From: a virus
Lineage: Duplodnaviria; Caudoviricetes
IMG/VR virus record: IMGVR_UViG_3300017978_000301
Location: 1 to 45,482 of that record
Direction: 5' to 3' (one strand)
DNA: 45,482 bases
A program made the position numbers and the translations under genes. Shown in pieces: positions 43,424 through 45,482 of this stretch. Numbering within the stretch: the stretch's first letter is position 1; each line of letters begins with the position of its first letter. The notes below the pieces were generated by a model. It was not told the DNA's origin. It saw nothing but the letters and a program-made list of their open reading frames with translations, and searched no databases.

Positions 43424-43729
43424 ATGCCAAACAATGCACAAAACCATAATTTTTCGGGCCGCAAACCAAGCAAGGCCCAAGTATTGAACCAAGCCAAACG
43501 ATTGGCAAACGCTGGGGCCGATTTTGTGGCCCTTACATGGGGTGAAAATTGGATTGACTTACACCAAGACACAAACGGCAATTGGTCCGGCACTGGGTGG
43601 ATCAAGGAAATAGGCGGGGATTGGGTGGCGCGTGAATTGAACCATTGCCCAAGCAAACGATTGGCCCAAGGTTTTGGTGATCCGGTCAAGTTTTTGCGTG
43701 ATCACTTGACAATCATTCACATTGGATAA
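43424..43729 (+). CDS. Hypothetical early protein (WGENWI..., WSGTGWI) with C-terminal IHIG
   Basis: TAAGGGG SD; packed. Confidence 0.8.
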   Translation: MPNNAQNHNFSGRKPSKAQVLNQAKRLANAGADFVALTWGENWIDLHQDTNGNWSGTGWIKEIGGDWVARELNHCPSKRLAQGFGDPVKFLRDHLTIIHIG

Positions 43730-43740
43730 GGGGAAAAGTA

Positions 43741-44439
43741 ATGCAAAGCAATGTAGCGTTGACGTTAAAAAGTGCAAACGTAAAAACCGGCCCGATCCCC
43801 GTTTCAATTACTGGGGCCGATAGTTGCCCCCCAAGTTGCCCCTTTTCCGGTGGTGGATGCTATGCAAAGGGCGGACCACTTGCAATTCATTGGCGCAAAG
43901 TAACCCAAGGGGATCGGGGTTTGCCTTGGTCCGATTTTGTGGCGCAAATTAGCGCTTTGCCGGACAATCAATTGTGGCGACACAATGCAGCCGGTGACTT
44001 GATCGGCGCGGGTGAATCAATCGATCCGGTGGCCTTGGGGCAATTGGTTGCCGCTAACCAAGGGAAAAAGGGTTTTACTTATACGCATAAGACAAACGAC
44101 ACCGCTAATTTCCAATGGATCAGGGCCGCTAATGATTGGGGTTTTACGGTGAACCTTAGCGCTAATGATCTACACCATGCCGATCAATTGGCCGATATTG
44201 GGGCCGGTCCGGTGGTGACTGTCTTACCAATTGACGCGCCACCCAAGCAATTAACACCCAAGGGCCGCACGGTGGTGACTTGTCCGGCAACGTATCGGGA
44301 CAATGTATCGTGCGCCACTTGCAAACTTTGTGCGGTGTCCGATCGATCAACCATTGTGGGTTTTCCGGCGCACGGCAATGCCAAGGCCAAGGTGCAAAAG
44401 GTCTTTTTTGCAAAGGTGGTGGACCATGCCGGAAATTGA
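43741..44439 (+). CDS. Cys-rich putative Fe-S protein, distant relative of the allele A gp88-like protein (possibly DUF7227-like)
   Basis: SCPPSCP...GCYA, WRHNAAGD, YTH, VNLSA, CPA...CATCKLC...GFPAHG. Confidence 0.7.
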   Translation: MQSNVALTLKSANVKTGPIPVSITGADSCPPSCPFSGGGCYAKGGPLAIHWRKVTQGDRGLPWSDFVAQISALPDNQLWRHNAAGDLIGAGESIDPVALGQLVAANQGKKGFTYTHKTNDTANFQWIRAANDWGFTVNLSANDLHHADQLADIGAGPVVTVLPIDAPPKQLTPKGRTVVTCPATYRDNVSCATCKLCAVSDRSTIVGFPAHGNAKAKVQKVFFAKVVDHAGN

Positions 44440-44596
44440 CAATATAGGCGTAATAACCACCCAAGGGCCGGACTTGGTGCGGGTTGCTGGGGTTTCCGGT
44501 GGCTTGGTGTATGCCGTGCCAATTGCCGGACCATATAAGGTGCGGGTTTGTTTGCCGGACCAATTTTGGTGTTTGTTGGATCGTTTGCCGGATTAG
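44426..44596 (+). CDS. 56-aa hypothetical early protein MPEIDNIG...
   Basis: GGTGGACC-ATG leader like that of 43424; ends just before terminator. Confidence 0.6.
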   Translation: MPEIDNIGVITTQGPDLVRVAGVSGGLVYAVPIAGPYKVRVCLPDQFWCLLDRLPD

Positions 44597-44615
44597 TCCG
44601 GACCTTTTGAAAAGT

Positions 44616-44641
44616 GGATCGGTGCGCCGGTCCCTTTTTTT
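44616..44641 (+). terminator. Rho-independent terminator of early cassette B
   Basis: GGATCGG-TGCG-CCGGTCC then C-T7. Confidence 0.75.
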
Positions 44642-44871
44642 AAGGGTTTGGTTAGTAAGCGCTAACTTACATTTTTTGGATCGGATCGGGTTTTGTACTT
44701 GGTCCGGTTTTGGGTTTTGCCGGTGGTTTTGGGTGGTTTGGAAAATCGGGCTTTTGAGGCCCTTTTGTGGTCCACCTATACCTTGGCCTTGGTTATATAT
44801 AAAACCCAGCTTCTAGCCCGTTTTGGCGCGTTTTGGCGGCATTGTGGTGCGGGTGGTTTGGGTGGCTTGGC

Positions 44872-45038
44872 TTCTAGGGGAAATTTTGACTATAAAAACG
44901 CGCGATGCGGGTGCGCGCATGATGTGCGCGGCGGCGCGTGTGCGTGTGCGCATGATGTGCGCGGGTGCGTGTGCGCGTGTGTGTGTGTGTACATGTATGA
45001 CCCCCCCCTCAAAAAAAATGACCCCCCCTTAAAAAAAG
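44872..45038. repeat. Conserved 48-bp core plus RY-alternating tracts and GACn/An repeats (right boundary of cassette B)
   Basis: 44872-44919 identical to 2821-2868; RY runs at 44934-44954 and 44965-44999. Confidence 0.85.
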
Positions 45039-45068
45039 AGGAGGTCTAAGTTCCATCACCCAAAAAGA

Positions 45069-45425
45069 TTATTTGAAACGCAAGAGGAACAAAGTTTGGT
45101 TGATCAAGTTGGAAATACTGTCGATCTCATTTTGAATGTCACTGTCTTGCTCCAGCTGAAGACGAGTTTCATTCACATAGTCTTTCAGGGCTTCTAGCTC
45201 TTCTTTGCCTGTGTCTGCTGGCTCGTAGTAGTTGTTGTCAAACCTAAATGTGATGTCGTACTTGCCCATCATCTTCTCAGCCAAGCCATCAACTAGCTCC
45301 GAAAGTTCATCATAAAACTCACCCAATGCTTGGTGTTCGGCATAGCTCTTTGTCTGCCAGTGCAATATGTGAGTGTTGGTCACTGCATGTAGCAGGGTCT
45401 GTAAAAAGTCGGCAGCAGTAGTCAT
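45069..45425 (-). CDS. Ferritin/Dps-like protein, allele B
   Basis: Same length and motifs as 3032-3388 with many substitutions. Confidence 0.8.
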   Translation of the reverse strand: MTTAADFLQTLLHAVTNTHILHWQTKSYAEHQALGEFYDELSELVDGLAEKMMGKYDITFRFDNNYYEPADTGKEELEALKDYVNETRLQLEQDSDIQNEIDSISNLINQTLFLLRFK

Positions 45426-45428
45426 CGT

Positions 45429-45482
45429 TTAGCTCCAATGTGTTTTAGCACTCGTAAGGCAGCTTCTACCTTCCAAGGTTTG
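45429..45482. repeat. Exact copy of 3392-3445
   Basis: Direct comparison. Confidence 0.97.

Noticed and set aside
42978-44596. Alternative genetic code explaining the missing GAG codons
   Set aside because: GAG/CTC is missing in all frames, both strands and noncoding DNA; genes translate normally with code 11 and no tRNA was seen.
1-45482. Prophage with att sites or host flanks
   Set aside because: No integrase or bacterial housekeeping genes; both ends fold back onto phage sequence.

Overview
The window is an essentially complete ~42 kb tailed-phage genome with podovirus-like architecture. It encodes TerS/TerL, a P22-like portal, scaffold, major capsid, nozzle and ejection proteins, a multi-RBP tail region and a GH19 endolysin with Rz/Rz1. 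It also carries an ERF/SSB recombination module, a DUF1376-type initiator with an internal origin, RuvC and a Cro-like regulator. I saw no integrase, CI repressor, DNA polymerase or tRNA. A freshwater betaproteobacterial host is plausible but only inferred. The ends are not a simple terminal repeat. Bases 1-55 equal 42202-42256 and 3392-3445 equal 45429-45482, and between these anchors lie two collinear but deeply diverged versions (A: 56-3391, B: 42257-45428) of one ~3.2-3.3 kb region. This is most likely two alleles unrolled from an assembly bubble. Inside each allele is a ~2.4 kb + strand early cassette. It is bounded by a conserved C-rich site on the left and a conserved 48-bp core plus an alternating purine-pyrimidine and C/A-tract element on the right. 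The two alleles use reciprocal oligonucleotide vocabularies. B is almost devoid of GAG/CTC and rich in CCAAG/CTTGG, CCGG and GGCC. A is saturated with CAG/CTG/GAG/CTC and lacks CCAAG/CTTGG and TCCG/CGGA. Each cassette encodes a small first protein, a conserved micro-peptide and a Cys-rich gp88-like putative Fe-S protein. My best hypothesis is a swappable, motif-purged first-entry (anti-defence, host-range) module. All k-mer counts are by eye and family names are recalled, not searched.
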